From assembly GCF_018977255.1 (NCBI RefSeq), contig NW_024704742.1, forward strand, positions 101,310,001 to 101,374,000: DNA of 64,000 nt. The letters run 5' to 3'. The first letter of the stretch is position 1. Each line of letters opens with the position of its first letter. Below the pieces are notes generated by a model. That model saw only the letters and a list, made by a program, of their open reading frames with translations. It had not been told where the DNA came from and did no database searches. Shown in pieces: positions 27,968 to 41,480 of this stretch. The DNA comes from Callorhinchus milii (taxonomy: Eukaryota). The position numbers and the translations under genes were made by a program.

Positions 27968-30410
27968 ATTCAGAATACCTGGCAAAACTACTTGCAAGTT
28001 CTATGTGTTTGATTTTTCACATGAAGCCTAGCATAATCCTTGAAGGGCTAATATAATATATTTGCAGAACCATCAAACAGACAGTAGGTAATAGAGCTCA
28101 TTCCATCAAATCATTCCAAAGATAATTTACCTGAACTTTTCATTCACACTGTTATTTTATTTATGGAATAACCTGTCAGCCCAAGGTTAATAATCCAAGA
28201 AAAATAGAATAAAATCACTGGGCTCATAAAAAGAACGTCCATTGTTGAAGCAGAAACCATGAATTATTTTAAGAGGAAATGAGATAGATGCTTGAAAAGG
28301 AATAACTTCAATGGTGTGGAGAAGTGAGAGATTAGACTAGCTGAATTGTATGGAGAAATACACTAGTGCAGCACTAATGAACTGGACAGTCTGTGCTTGG
28401 TCCTAAATTTCCCATGTTTTGTGATGTATTATTCCTTGTGTTGAACATGGACAAGATGGAAACCATTCTCCTTAGCTCCTGTCAATGCCTTCTAAGTGTC
28501 TGGGCTCTGGGACTCTACACTGGGTGAGGACTGCTGTACAAATGCAAGTTGTTGTTGTATCAGTTTCGATCCCCAGTTGTCCCTGTCTCAATCTCTCCTC
28601 CTTGCCTGCTCTTTGCTTGTCTTCACATCACATCTTCAAGTTATTTGCATTACGAAAATTGCAATATAAGCGGCTAAAATATTATTCAATTACCTTAGCA
28701 GAATTCAGTGAATTAAAACATAAAGTGAGGATAGAACCAATACAAGCTTGAAGCTCTGTAATGCCTTTTCACAACATGGTTAAATGTTCCTTAGCGTAAT
28801 GTATAAAATATTCAATTTATTTATGGTATGATGAAATGAAACCCGAAGCTTGGAGCAAAACATGTAAAATGCATTGGCTGTAAATGATCTGACGAAGCAC
28901 AATGACAAACTGAGAACTCCACAGGTTATGATAAATTTATAATCTTTTGTAAGCGAAATTACACTTTGAACCTCTGCAACAAATCCTAAACATTTTCATT
29001 CAAACCGTGCAGTTGTTTTTATACAGAGATAAAACCTAAAATTTCATGTCAGCATTTATGAGTTCAGAGCAATAGATATATGCTGTACACAGCATGAACC
29101 CTGTATACATCTCAGGGAATTGCACAATTACATGCCCACGTAATTTCACGCATAATACATTTCACTATGCTCAGGCGTGTAATATTGCATATGTTCGAAC
29201 TGGCTTCTTTCTTCTGCTCCAGTTTTCTTGACATCGCTCTCTTCACTACCTCGTATCGCCAGCTCTGGCTCTCTTCCCGTGGCTCTCCATGCCCCCCTCA
29301 CACGGTTGTGCGAGGCACAAGACAGCGCAGAGAACAATGGGAAGAGAGCCAAACCGGAAGGTACGAGCAGCGCAGAGAGAAACAGGAAGAGAGCTGGAAC
29401 GGGAGGTATAAGCTAGAAATATAAAAATGTGCTATATAAATAAATTTGCTACTGGATGACACAGTTTGTTTATTTTTGATGCTAAATAAAATACTTCATT
29501 TTCTTTTGAACATCGTTGCTGGGGTATTAACCTATTGTAAACAACGTATAAATAAGGATCTGCTGGTTTCGTCCATAACCTACACAGACAATTCACTTTA
29601 CAGTGTGTGAAGTGCTTTGAGACGTCTCGAAGATTTGATAAGTCACTATATCAACTGCAAGGATTATTACTGTTATTAACCTCCCTCCAGAAGTACGATC
29701 TTAGTTCTTTCCAGTGTTCTTTTTACTTTTGCCTTTAGTAGCATACATTAAAGTGAAATGCGGATGATGTCTTCAAACCGGTACACCAGCTTTATGATGG
29801 ATTCACAGTCCCTCACACCAGCACAATTCACAGTGGGTTTCCACGTACAATGTAGCACCATGGGGGTACCGCCTAACTCAATCGGTAGCACTCTCACCTC
29901 TGAGTCAGAAGGTCATGGGTTCAAGCCCCACATTGGAACTTTAAATTCAACAACAACAACAATAAGGTTATGCCAGTGTGATAAATTGCTATATCAAATG
30001 CAAGGATTATTATTATTATTATTATTATTTGTGCAAGGATCAAAGTGAGAGACATGAATACTAGGAAATGGAACCATGTATCTCAGGTCAGGTGTAGCAC
30101 GGTCAGATGCAATATAATGCTATCCCAACAATGCCCTTAATTGCACCAATGTGACATTTTCCATTTCTTGCCTGGACATGCTTTAGCAGCTTTTGAAGAT
30201 TTTGGTGACAGTCTTATTCTCAGCTGGTCAGAGACTAACAAACCAAATGGAGAAGCCGAATGGAATGGAGATAATAATGTGCTCATCTACAATTTACTGG
30301 TAGTCAGGAAATCGCTGAGGAGGATGCCAATTTAGTGCCAAACCAAGGGTAGCTTTATGCTGTGGATTAAATAATACTTGTATTTTTGCATTTGATGGAG
30401 CGCCTTTTGA

Positions 30411-31795
30411 TAACAACAACTTGCATTTATATTGCGTCCCTCACGCAGGGTAGAGTGACTGTGGAGGAGCACAACTCCGAGCTAGGGAGAGGTGGAGGTG
30501 ACCCGTAGTCACTGTCGAATAAGAAGGTCTTCATGCAAGACCAGAAAATGGGGAAGGAAAGGGCAAGGTGGAGGGATAGACGAAGAGCGTTCCAGAGTTC
30601 GGCCGCAGTGCCTGAAAGTGCAGTCACCAATGGTGGAACAGAGAACACGGGGAACATGCAGAAGGCCGGAACCAATTGAGTGGAAGCAGCTGGTTGTGAG
30701 TTGGGGGCTAAGTAGGTCGGGCATGAAAGGATTTGAAAACGAGTATGAGGATCTTGAAATCGACCCATTCCAGGATAGGGAGCCAGCGGAGCTTGGCAGA
30801 ACTAGTGTGATGGGGTACGGAGTTTAGTACGGTTGAGTGTGCAGCTGGTGGAGTTTTGGTTCAGTGGGCTTCAATGCATGGTGGAGCTGGGGAGACCGGT
30901 AAAGAGGGCATTTGAGAAGTCCAGTCGGGAAGCGATAAATGCATGGACGAGTTTTTCGGCTGCATCCGGGGTAAGGTACGGTCAGAGGCGGGCAATGTGG
31001 TGTAGGTGGAGGAAGGTGATGCTGGTCAGGGACTGGATGTGGGATAGGAAGGACAGTTGTGTGTCGAACATGATGCCTAGGTTGCGCACTGGTTCAGTAA
31101 GTCTGAGGGATAGGCCAGGGAGGTTGAGGAGGTCAGAGCCACAGGATGGAAGTCGTTGATGGGAGCCAATGAGTATGGCTTCTGTCTTGTCAACATTGAG
31201 TTGTAAGAAGTTTTCACTCATCCAGGCCTGTGTCTGCCAGATAAACTGAAAGAACATCAGCAGACCTGGAATCGCAACGGGAGGACATTCTGTCAGGACA
31301 GGAGTAGTCCTCGAGTCGACAGTGGAGGCAGAGAGATAGATTTGTGTGTCATCCACATACATATGGAAGTTTACCCGATGTCTGTGGATGATATCGCCAA
31401 GAGGGAGCATGTAGATGAGGAAGAGGAGTTGGCCAAGATGGAGATCTGGGGTGCACTCAGGTGACCTGGCGGGGAATGGGAGGAGAAATTGTTTGTGGAG
31501 ATAAAGTGAAAGTGGTTTGTTAGGTAGGAGTTGAACCAGGATAATCTGGTCCCACTGTGGTGGATGAGGGAGGAGAGGCGGTGGAGGAGAATGGCGTGAT
31601 CGACTGTGTCAAACACGGTGAAGAAGTCCAGAAGGACGAGGAGACAGATGGAGCCCTGGTGAAAGAGAGAGAGGACGTTGTTTGTGATCTTGACAAGTGC
31701 CGTCTTTGTGCTATGGGCAGGGCGAAAACCAGACTAGAAGGGCTTGAGAAGGGAGTGGAGGGAGAAGTGAGAGCAAAGCTGGTTAGTAATAGTGC
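30411..31795 (-). mobile_element. L2 LINE fragment, decayed RT
   Basis: FDTVDHAILLHRL; FHMYVDDTQIY; WMSENFLQLNVDKTE. Confidence 0.92.
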
Positions 31796-33337
31796 TTTCC
31801 AGATGTCTCAAAGCACTTCCCAGAATATACTGTAAAGTGAATTGACTGTATATTTTGTGGGCGAAACGCAGTAGCCAATTGCGCACAGCAGTCAATTCAT
31901 CACCGCTATGAAATAGTTTGAGGAAGCCCAGTTCTCTCAAATCTCAACTTCATTGACTCATTCTCACACTCTCACATTTGCCCTTCTCCTTATCCCATTC
32001 TTTTACCCTAAGAAAGGAGCCTGCAGATCCAGTCTCCTCCTATTGTATATAGACAATATTTAGAGCAAGCATGTGTTTGAGTTTGAAATTGGTACCCATC
32101 AGGTCATGCAGCTCTGATCAACTTCACCACTTGTTTATTGATGATTGTTAATTGAGCTGGCTGTTATTTGGCACTTATATGGCAATCCTCAAGTCTGTTC
32201 CTTTAGTAGCCCATTAATAATAATAATTATTATCCATATATTTGGCGAACCATCTTTCATTTCAGGAGGATGTCTCCTTGATGTGAATGATCAATTTTAT
32301 TTGAAGGGTTGCTGGACAGGACAAGGAGAAACTAACTTCCTTCTTTTATGTTCTACCAACTGAGCCTAGCTTTGAAGGCAAAAAATTTAGATAAAATATT
32401 TGTGTTTTTATAATCCACCCTGGTTTACATTCTTCAGTGTGCATTGAATGCACAAAATATTTGAGCAATGTTATGTGAAATCAATAATCCCAGAGCTATT
32501 AAGATACCCTTGGGTATTATTGTCAGATGATGATATGCGAATCATTTTATTTTCAGATTAATACTGAGGAACTAATAAGAACAGCAATTGTTGTGGCCGA
32601 TTTCAATGAACTAAATACGTTAGTGTTAATAACAAATCCCAGTTCTCTTTATTATTTTTGTCAAAGTATGGATATAAAATATAATGCTGATTAATATGAA
32701 ATGAAAATAAAGTAGAGGCTGGATATTAGCAAGCCCTCTGTGAATAGAAATATCTTGCTAATAATCGCAATGAAGGAAATGAAGACAATGAGCATCATCA
32801 GCTGATGTACTAATTGTGGAAAAGCACAGCAACAAACCTCTGCTGAAAACATCTCAAAGTATTTTGAAAACTTAGTACACTATGGGAACATTCCTGAACG
32901 GCAACTGTTAACAATGATACTAAAAATCTTTACATTTAATACGGTGACTTTCACATCAGGAAGACGTCTCAAAGCGTGCTACAGGATTTACTGTAAAGTG
33001 TAGTGACTGGATATTTTTAGGTAAATTAAATTAAGAATAACAACTTGCAACTTGCCCTCAAAAAAAAAAAAAATTGGTCATTTCAATCCACGACTATTTA
33101 TGGGACACCACTGTGTGCAATCGGCTGCCGCATTTTGTCCACAAACATACAGTCAATTCACTTTACAGTCTATTCTCTGAAGCGCTTTGAGATGTCTAGA
33201 AGATGTGAAAAGTGCTATATCAAAGGTAAGGATTATTATTACTATTATTTATGTAGTATCCTTCATGTAGGATAACATCTCCGTGCACTTCAAAATGCTA
33301 CAGTAAAATTAAAATATAAAAAATAAATTTCTAAAAA

Positions 33338-33688
33338 GAAATTCCACCTATCTAGATTTGCTCTGTTTATCTAGCATTTTAGAATACTTAACATTTAGCA
33401 AATTGTTGAATTAAGGGTTATTAATTGTAATAATCAATTCATTTGATACAGCAACTTAATACGTTGTCAAAATATCTCAAAGCACTTCAAAGAAAGGTAC
33501 TGTACACTGTAGTGACTGTATTTTGTAGACAAACAATTTGCACGTAGCAATATCCCACAATATTTTAATTTTGAAGTCTGAACTTAAAATTATTTCCAGC
33601 TTCAAAATTAAGCATTTATTTAACAATTTGTCAAATTGTGAACGTTCTAAAATGCAACAGATTATTATCCAGACCCAGGTGGAATTTC
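33338..33688. mobile_element. MITE-like element with long imperfect inverted arms; SINE tail remnant inside
   Basis: gaaattccacct/aggtggaatttc, gcattttagaa/ttctaaaatgc and caaattgtt/aacaatttg pairs occur in nested order. Confidence 0.6.
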
Positions 33689-33720
33689 AATACTGTATTT
33701 CTTTGCTGTAGGGTCCTTTG

Positions 33721-35245
33721 AATAATAATACAACACAAAAATTACATTTGTAAAGCGCCTTTCACATAGGGAGGACATCCCAAGGCACTGAACATGACCC
33801 GAGCATGAGGGTGCAAGGTTGGGGTCGAGAGGACAGAGAGGTAGGAGGGGGGCTGAAAGCACGGTGGAAAGGAGGGCCTTGAGTTGTGCCTTGAAGAGGC
33901 CACAGAGGGAGGAAGGCAAAGGGATTGCCAGAGCCTGCTGAGCAGAGGGAGTGAACACATTGATAGGGGTCAGCAGGTCAGAGATGTAGGAGGGGGTAAG
34001 GCTGTGGAGGGCCTTGAAGGTGACGACGAGGATTTTGAATTCTATCCTCTGAGGAATGGGGATCCAGTGGAGCCGGGGGAGGGTGGGTAGATGGGTTCAT
34101 GAAGCCTGGTGCGGGAGAGGACACAAGCTGCAGCGTTCTGGATGATCTGCAGCTTGTGGAGGGAAGAGTCGGGGAGGCCAACAAGGAGGGAGTTTTATAG
34201 TCAAGCTTTGAGGTGACGAATGCATGTACGAGGGTTTCAGCGGCCTGAGGGGTGAGGCAGTGATGGAGTCGGCCTATGTTGTGGAGGTGGGGGAAGACAG
34301 AGTGGGTCATGGCACGGATATGGGGGAGAAAGGATAGTTCAGGTTTGAACAAGACGCCCAGGTTCCTGACTGGCTTGGTGAGGTGGAGTTGCATTCATCG
34401 ATGTTGATGCTGCCTGAGGTGAGGAGGCGCTGGCTTGAGCCAATCAGGGAAGTCTCGGCTTTGCTGATATTCAACTGTAGAAAGTTGGCTCTCATCCAGG
34501 ACTTGATGTCTGACAGGCAGTCTGTCAAGACGTCAGTTGTCTTGGAATCAAGGGTGGATTCAGAGAGATAGAGTTGGGTTCATCCGTGTTTATGTGGAAG
34601 TTGACCTCATGTCTGTGGATGATCTCACCAAGTGGGAGCATGTAGAGGTTGAAGAGGAGGGGACGGGGACAGAGCCCTGAGGAACACCGCACTAGACTGT
34701 GCGAGGGCTGGAAGAGAAACTGTTGGCAGAGGCAAATTGGAGATGGTGTGAGAGATAAAACCTAAACCATTCAACGACAGAAGCTTGAAGGTTGAGGTGA
34801 GAGGAGAGGCTGTGGAGGAGGATGGAGTGGTCCACAGTATCGAAGGCAGCAGAGATGTCAAGGAGGACGAGGAAACAGAGGGAGCCCTGATCACAGATAG
34901 ACAGGATGTTGTTTGTCACCTTGACCAGAGCAGTTTCCGTGCTGTGAGCAGCTCAGAAACCCAACTGGAGGGGTTTGTGAAGGGAGTGGTAGGAGAGGAA
35001 TGACCGAAGCTAGGAAGCAACGACTCTTTTAAGGACCTTGGAAAGCAAAGGGAGATGGGCTGGTAGTTAGAAAGCAGGGATCGGTTCAGGGAAGGTTTTT
35101 TCAGGATGGGGGTAATTATAGCTCTTTTTAGGGCAATGGAACGGTGGCAGATGATAAGGAGAGATTGATGGTGTCGGAGAGCAGAGGGGCGAGGAGGTGG
35201 AGCTGGGAGGTAAGGAGACAGGTGGGGATGAGTTCAAGGGAGCAT
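33721..35245 (-). mobile_element. L2 LINE fragment, decayed RT
   Basis: LVLLDISAAFDTVDHSILL; WMRANFLQLN; VRNLGVLF. Confidence 0.92.
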
Positions 35246-35254
35246 GTGATGTGT

Positions 35255-35580
35255 TAATAATCCTTGCATTTGACATAGCACCTTTCACATTGTTGAGCCT
35301 TCTCAAACCGCTTCACAGGATATACTATAAAGTGGACTGACTGTCTATTTTGTGATCAAAATCAGCAATGTTCCACAAACAGGCATGGAGTGGGTGACCA
35401 TTTTTTTTAGTTGGTGGATTGTTGGCCAGGACACCAGAAGAAACTCCCTTCTCTTTTCTGATAATGCCAAGCGATCTTTAACAGGCAGATGGGATTCTGG
35501 TTTAACTTCTCATCCAAAGGATGGCACCTCCAACAATGCAACACTCCCCCAGCACTGCATTGGAGTGTCACTTTAGACTA
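35255..35580 (-). mobile_element. DeuSINE-like element
   Basis: aataatccttgcatttga tail and ttggccaggacacc core in reverse. Confidence 0.75.
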
Positions 35581-36204
35581 CTCGGAAACAATCTAAACTA
35601 TTATTTTGAAATAATGATTTATTTTAACACCATATCTAAAGGTTAAACATAAATATAACATAAATTGGAGTTCCACCAACACCTTTGTTGGCCAGTACAT
35701 TACTAAAACATAGAGTCAGGGTATGTCCCAGGCATAATTCCTGGTCTGTGCTGTGTTAGCTCATCTCAGTTGGAGGTGCTACAACTAACCTCAGCCATCT
35801 GAGCTATGGAAGGGAAAATCTGCCAGACTTTCTCCTCATGATCAGGTAAGGTGGGTATTCTGAAAGGGTAAAATTAAATGGGCCGAAAGACCTTCTTTAT
35901 CCAAAACTCTTTTGTGATATTGTGTCCGCTAACTAGTGTCCTCTGCTGGACAATGTACGCATATGGACATAGAGCAAGGAGAGCATCAAGTTAGTGTATG
36001 TTGTTGTGATACCTTTTGATTCAAACAAGGCAACTGATGTCCAAAAAACTGCAACCCAGAGATTAAAAAGAAGATGAATATGTTATGCTCTGTTCATTTT
36101 CTAAAAATATTTATCAAATAATTTGTCAATAATTTCTCGACTTTAGATTATTATTGGCACTTTTCTGCTTAGCTACTCATAAGGGTCACTCTATTATGTG
36201 AGTT

Positions 36205-37285
36205 AAGACTGACTCAGTTGGTAGCATTCTCACATCTGAATCAGAAGATTGTGGGTTCAACCCCCATGTTGGGACTTGGAACTCATACAGTCAAAGCTAA
36301 TATTCCAATGCAGTGTCTGGTTCAAGTTGTTGATGATTTGCGTTGCATTCATAACATTGAGGCTTAACTATGAAAACTTCTTGCTTGTTGGCCTCCCCAC
36401 CTCTTCCCTCCATAGGCTGCAGATCATCCAGAGCTCTGCAGCTCGTATTCTCTCCTGCACCAGGCTCTGTAACCCCATCACCTCCATCCTGGCCCGACTC
36501 CACTGGTTTCCCATCACACAAAGGATACAGTTCAAGATCCTGGTCCTCACCTTCAAAGCCCTCCATGGCTTTGCTCCCCCCTACCTTTGCGACCTTCTAA
36601 CCCCCTACCAATCTGCCTGTTTGCTCCGCTCAGCGGGCTCCGGCCTGCTTCATGTCCCCCGCCTCACCCGTCCCACCCATCCCACCATTGGCAGGTGGGC
36701 CTTCTGCCACTCTGCCCCTATCTTCTCGAACTCCATCTCGCAGTCCCTCCTCTTCACCCCCTGCCTAGCCTCCTTCAAGATCCATCTCAAGACCCTCCTC
36801 TTCAACCGGGCTTTTGACCACACTGCTTCCCTCACTTCCCTCCATCGTCCCCAATTCCGACCCCCAGCTCGGGTCCAAAACACTGACTGTCCAGCACCAA
36901 TTGGGGCGTCGTGAAAGGTGTTATAGAAATGTAATTGTGTTGTTGTTGCTGTTGTTTTGTGCTGCATTGTTGGAGATGCTGTCCTTCGGAAAAGACATTA
37001 ACCCGAGGCTCTGTCTGCCTGTTCAGGTGGATGTTAACAATCCCATGTCGCTATTCAAAAAGATAAGAGAGCTTCTCCCAGTGTCCTGATCAAAAATCTC
37101 CCAAATAAAATTGGTTAATCACATGTTAGATGTTTGTGGGACATTACTGGGTGCAAATTGGCTACTGCATTTCACTCACAAAACATACAGTCACTGCACC
37201 TTACAGTATATTTTGTGAAACCCCTTGGGGCATCCTTCCAACATGAAAAGTGCTATACCAAATGTAAGGATTATTATTATTATAA
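36205..37285 (+). mobile_element. SacSINE1/DeuSINE-like element split by an L2 insertion
   Basis: Head at 36205-36320; body resumes at about 36958 and runs to the (TTA)n tail. Confidence 0.75.
36355..36955 (+). mobile_element. L2 LINE 3' fragment
   Basis: LQIIQSSAARIL...LARLHWFPITQRIQFKILVLTFKALHG; (TTG)n tail. Confidence 0.92.
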
Positions 37286-38284
37286 CTTTAATCAAGTGCT
37301 CTGCTTGATCATCCCAACTTGCCCCATCTTTCTTCATGTTTTACGTCTTTTCTGGATTCTTCAGTGGGTTTCAGCTGATCACCATTTATAGAATTATTTC
37401 ATCATTCCATCACAACAATGAACTGAACCACCTCAGATCTTTCTGACCGCACTTTCTGTCATCATTCTCCTATCCACCATCTTCGGCTTGACTCTGCAGC
37501 ATGAAGCAGCTTGAAATGTCCTCCCAATGTGAAAGGCTCTGTAGAAATGTGGATTGTAACTTATTTTCTTGATGGGACTGCTCAATTGCTTTGCTATCTA
37601 TCAAGGTCTCCTCATTTTGGACTTGAAACATATAGGTAGGCTTGAAGAAAGCATTGGCTATATAAAGCCTTGGGGTTGTTTGCTTCTGTCAATCAGTCTT
37701 AAGACACCTTCAGTGCATCAGCACTGTTGAAGCTCAATGATGATGGCTTCAGGGAGATTTTGATGTCTTATTTCTCACAAATATTGAAGAACATTAAATG
37801 TCTCTGCTACCTTTCTATTTCCTAAAGCAATTTAATTCCAGCAGTATAGCTCCTATCTTTACTAACTTTTATTTAAAAAATTACCTCTTTAAATCCAAGT
37901 CCATGTAAATGGTATCCTTCACAAGAAGCATCCTTCCAGTCCTCTTAGATGTTTTTTGCATAATGACTTTTTATGGCAATATTAAAGCAGTGACAAGATC
38001 AGAAGAAAAGACTAAACGAAAAAAGACCCTCACCCCACTTGATCTCATTCTATCATCTTTCCAATATAATACCAAGCTGTTTCTTAAATGGGTCTAATGT
38101 CCTGACCTCAACCTTAATTCCTGGTAACCTAATCCAGCCACTAATTACTCTCTGTATAACTAAATACTTCCTGGGGTCTAAAATTGCCTTCTGTAACCTG
38201 AACTTGTGTTGTGTTGCTTTGGCTTGTCACTTTCAGCTTTATTTTTTTTTAAATCACCTATCACCTATATTACTTATCACTGAT

Positions 38285-38750
38285 CACCCCCATCCTCGCC
38301 CGACTCCACTGACCTTTCACCACACAGAGGATATACATCAAGATTGTGGTGCTCACCTTCAAATCCCTCCATGGCATTGCTTCGCCTTACCTCTGCGACC
38401 TCCTAACCCCCTACCATCCTGCTCGCTCCCTCCGCTCAGCAGGTTCCGGCCTGCTTCACATCCCCTGCTTCGCTCGCCCCCAATTAGTGGGCAGGTCTTC
38501 TGCCACTCTGCCCCCACCCTCTGGAACTTCATCCCGCAGTCCCTCTGCCTCACCCCCTCCCTTGCCTCCTTCAAGACCCATCTCAAGACTCTCTTCTTCA
38601 ACTGTGCTTTCAATCTCCCTGCTTCCCCACCTGCCTTCCACCCTCCCCGACCCCAGCCCCCAGCTCGGGTCCGAAACTCTGTCCGCCCAGGGCCTTGGGA
38701 CGTCCTCCCAACGTGAAAGGCGCTATACAAGTGTAATTTTGTTGTTGTTT
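38285..38750 (+). mobile_element. L2 LINE 3' fragment
   Basis: VLTFKSLHGIASPYLCDLL; same 3'UTR and tail as the other L2 copies. Confidence 0.9.
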
Positions 38751-39547
38751 GAGCAGAAGAACAAATAATAATAATAATAACAAAAATAATATTATTATTA
38801 TTATTATTATTAAGAACAAAAGAAACAAAAATCATGTTCATCTTGTTTTCTACTAAAGCATTACACACTTTTTTTTGTCAAAGGCTCTAATCACTTACTT
38901 TTTCTCTCTAACCATGTCCAGTAATATCCTAGGGCTGTTAGATTGTGCACAGATGCACAAAGATATTGAAGAGGTGGGCTATAAGGAGTCACATTATGAA
39001 TACCACTTGTATATTAAACCAATATAATGGTATGCAAAGTGAATATAGTCTTTTCAATTTTTTTTGAATTGCTTAATTTTCAAAGCAATTTTACTTATTT
39101 CATATTCCACCAACAAAGGCCACAGATTGCTAAACATTCAAAAAGGTTATCGCTCTACACAGACTTGTAGATCTGGATTCAATGCCTAGCAAATTACCCA
39201 TCATATTGAGTGCATAATGTGCCAGTGGGAAAGATTGTTTTAATAGATTATGAGTTACGGTGTAAGCAGCACACGACTTTGGCATAAGACTGGATCATTA
39301 TTGATTTTGATTCTTGTAATAACTCAAGTTATGAATTTCCATTTTTTATGCCAGCTACTGTCATTGCTAACCAGCTTGTGCTCTCTGGGATTCAGTTCAA
39401 ACTACTGTGATCCACAAGAAGCATCTTACATGGTAATTCTTAAACAGTAAATCTCACTTAATCATGAGCTACCAGTGTACCAAGATTAAACCCTTAAGCA
39501 GAATTGCAAATGTGCTTTTAATCTGGACAATAGGATTTCAGTATTTG

Positions 39548-40632
39548 AACAACAACAACAAAATTACATCTGTATAGTGCCTTTCACATCGGGAGCACGT
39601 CCCAAAGTGCTGGTCAATCAGTGTTTCGGACCCGAGCTGGGGGTCGGGATCGGGGAGTTTGGAAAGCAAGGGGTGGGGTAGGGGGTTAGAAGGTCACAAA
39701 GGTAGAGGGGAGCAAAGCCATGGAGGGCTTTGAAGGTGAGGACCAGGATCTTGAACTGTATCCTCTGTGTGATGGGAAACCAGTGGAGTCGGGCAGGATG
39801 GGGGTGATGGGATCACAGAGCCTGGTGCGGGAGAGGACACGAGCTGCAGAGTTCTGGATGAGCTGCAGCGTATGGAGATAGGAGTTGGGGAGGCCGATAA
39901 GCAGGGAGTTTCTGTAATCAGGCCTGGATGTTATGAATGCATGTAAGAGGGTCTCGGCAGCCTATGGCATGAGACGATATTGTGTAGATGGGGGAAGGCA
40001 GAGCGGGACATGGCACGGATGTGGGGTAGGAAGGATAGTTGAGGGTCCATCAAGATGCCAAGGTTCTGGACTGGCTTAGTAAGGTGGAGTGTGTCTCCTT
40101 GGATGGTGATGCTGACAGTACCTGACGTGTAGAGGCACTGACAGGAGCCAATCAGGAGACCCTCGGTCTTGTTGACGTTCAACTGAAGAAAGTTAGCTCT
40201 CATCCAGGACTTGATGTCTGACAGACAGACATTCTGTCAGCACAGCAGTGGTCCTGGAGTCAAGGATGGAGGCAGAGAGGTAGAATTGGGTGTCATCTAC
40301 AAACATGTGGAAATTGACCCCATGTCTGCAGATGATGTCACCAAGAGGGAGCATATCACTATTGAAAAGGAGGGGACCAAGGACAGAGCCCTGAGGAACT
40401 CCGCACAAGATGGTTCTGGGGCCTAGAGGAGAAGCCATTTGTGGAGACAGTGTGAGAGGTAGGATCTGAATCATTCATGGACAGAACCATATAGGTTGAG
40501 GTGAGAGGAGAGGCAGTGGAGGAGGATAGCACTCTGAGATGCCATCCGGGGTGGAGGGCGCTATATAAATCCAAGTTGTTGTTGTTGAAAGAGTGGTCAA
40601 CGTTATCGAAGGCAATAGAGAGGTCAAGGATG
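39548..40632 (-). mobile_element. L2 LINE fragment with internal deletion
   Basis: CGVPQGSVLGPLLF; FHMFVDDTQFY; RANFLQLNVNKTE. Confidence 0.92.
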
Positions 40633-41480
40633 ATGTTTCATTTCAGTATCAAACACAATACCTGATGTAAAGTGAAGAATGAAGGGATGCTGCTCTCTGC
40701 TATGTGTTTTCAAAAGAGAAAACCCAAAGGTGAAACCGAAAAACCCAACAAACTAAAGAGTAGCACATGGAGAAATTAACATTATTGAAAAGTAGAACAT
40801 GCACTGATCACATGTTTTTGTTTTAACTATCAAGTGGTTTAACTGTGTCGTGTGTCAAGCTATTTGATTCACAGTGAAGGATGATCAAAAAGATATCCTC
40901 TAGTCTGGATCCCAATATTACATTCCATCACACTTTGGATCTGTGCCAGTATGATATTGGTAAATGAGTGTGTGATTAGTGGAAGCTAGGTTGAGAATTA
41001 AAAATAAACCTTGTTTGTAAAACTGAGAGTCTACTAGACTCTTGAAGTGAAGCACTGGAGTCCAAAGTGGAAATACCAGTGATACACTGCAGTCCCAAAG
41101 CAACAGCAGCTTTGGACATGCATATTAAATGCTTGCAATGGTTTCCCTCGGTGTAAGATGTTGAATGGAGACACGACTGTGGAATTATAAACTGCTTTTG
41201 GCAGTCTTAATTGATGTTTCTCTATTCTCTTTGCGAGATATTTGTTGACTAATGCACTTTGAACAAATTAATAATTCAATTTGCTAAATCAACACATTAA
41301 AAGCTACATGATTGAATTAAGCATTTGTGTTGATGAACAGAAGTGAGTTTCAGCCGTAAACAAAATACCAGCTTCCATTTTCATTTTATGACATTTTGTC
41401 CTATAATAAGCATAAAAAATTTTTACAACCAAAGATCATAGAAGCTTTGAAACTGGGATTAAAAATAATTAAAACTGTTT

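Noticed and set aside
38763..38812. (AAT)n/(ATT)n palindrome as a functional hairpin
   Set aside because: Explained by abutting simple repeats at a retroelement tail.
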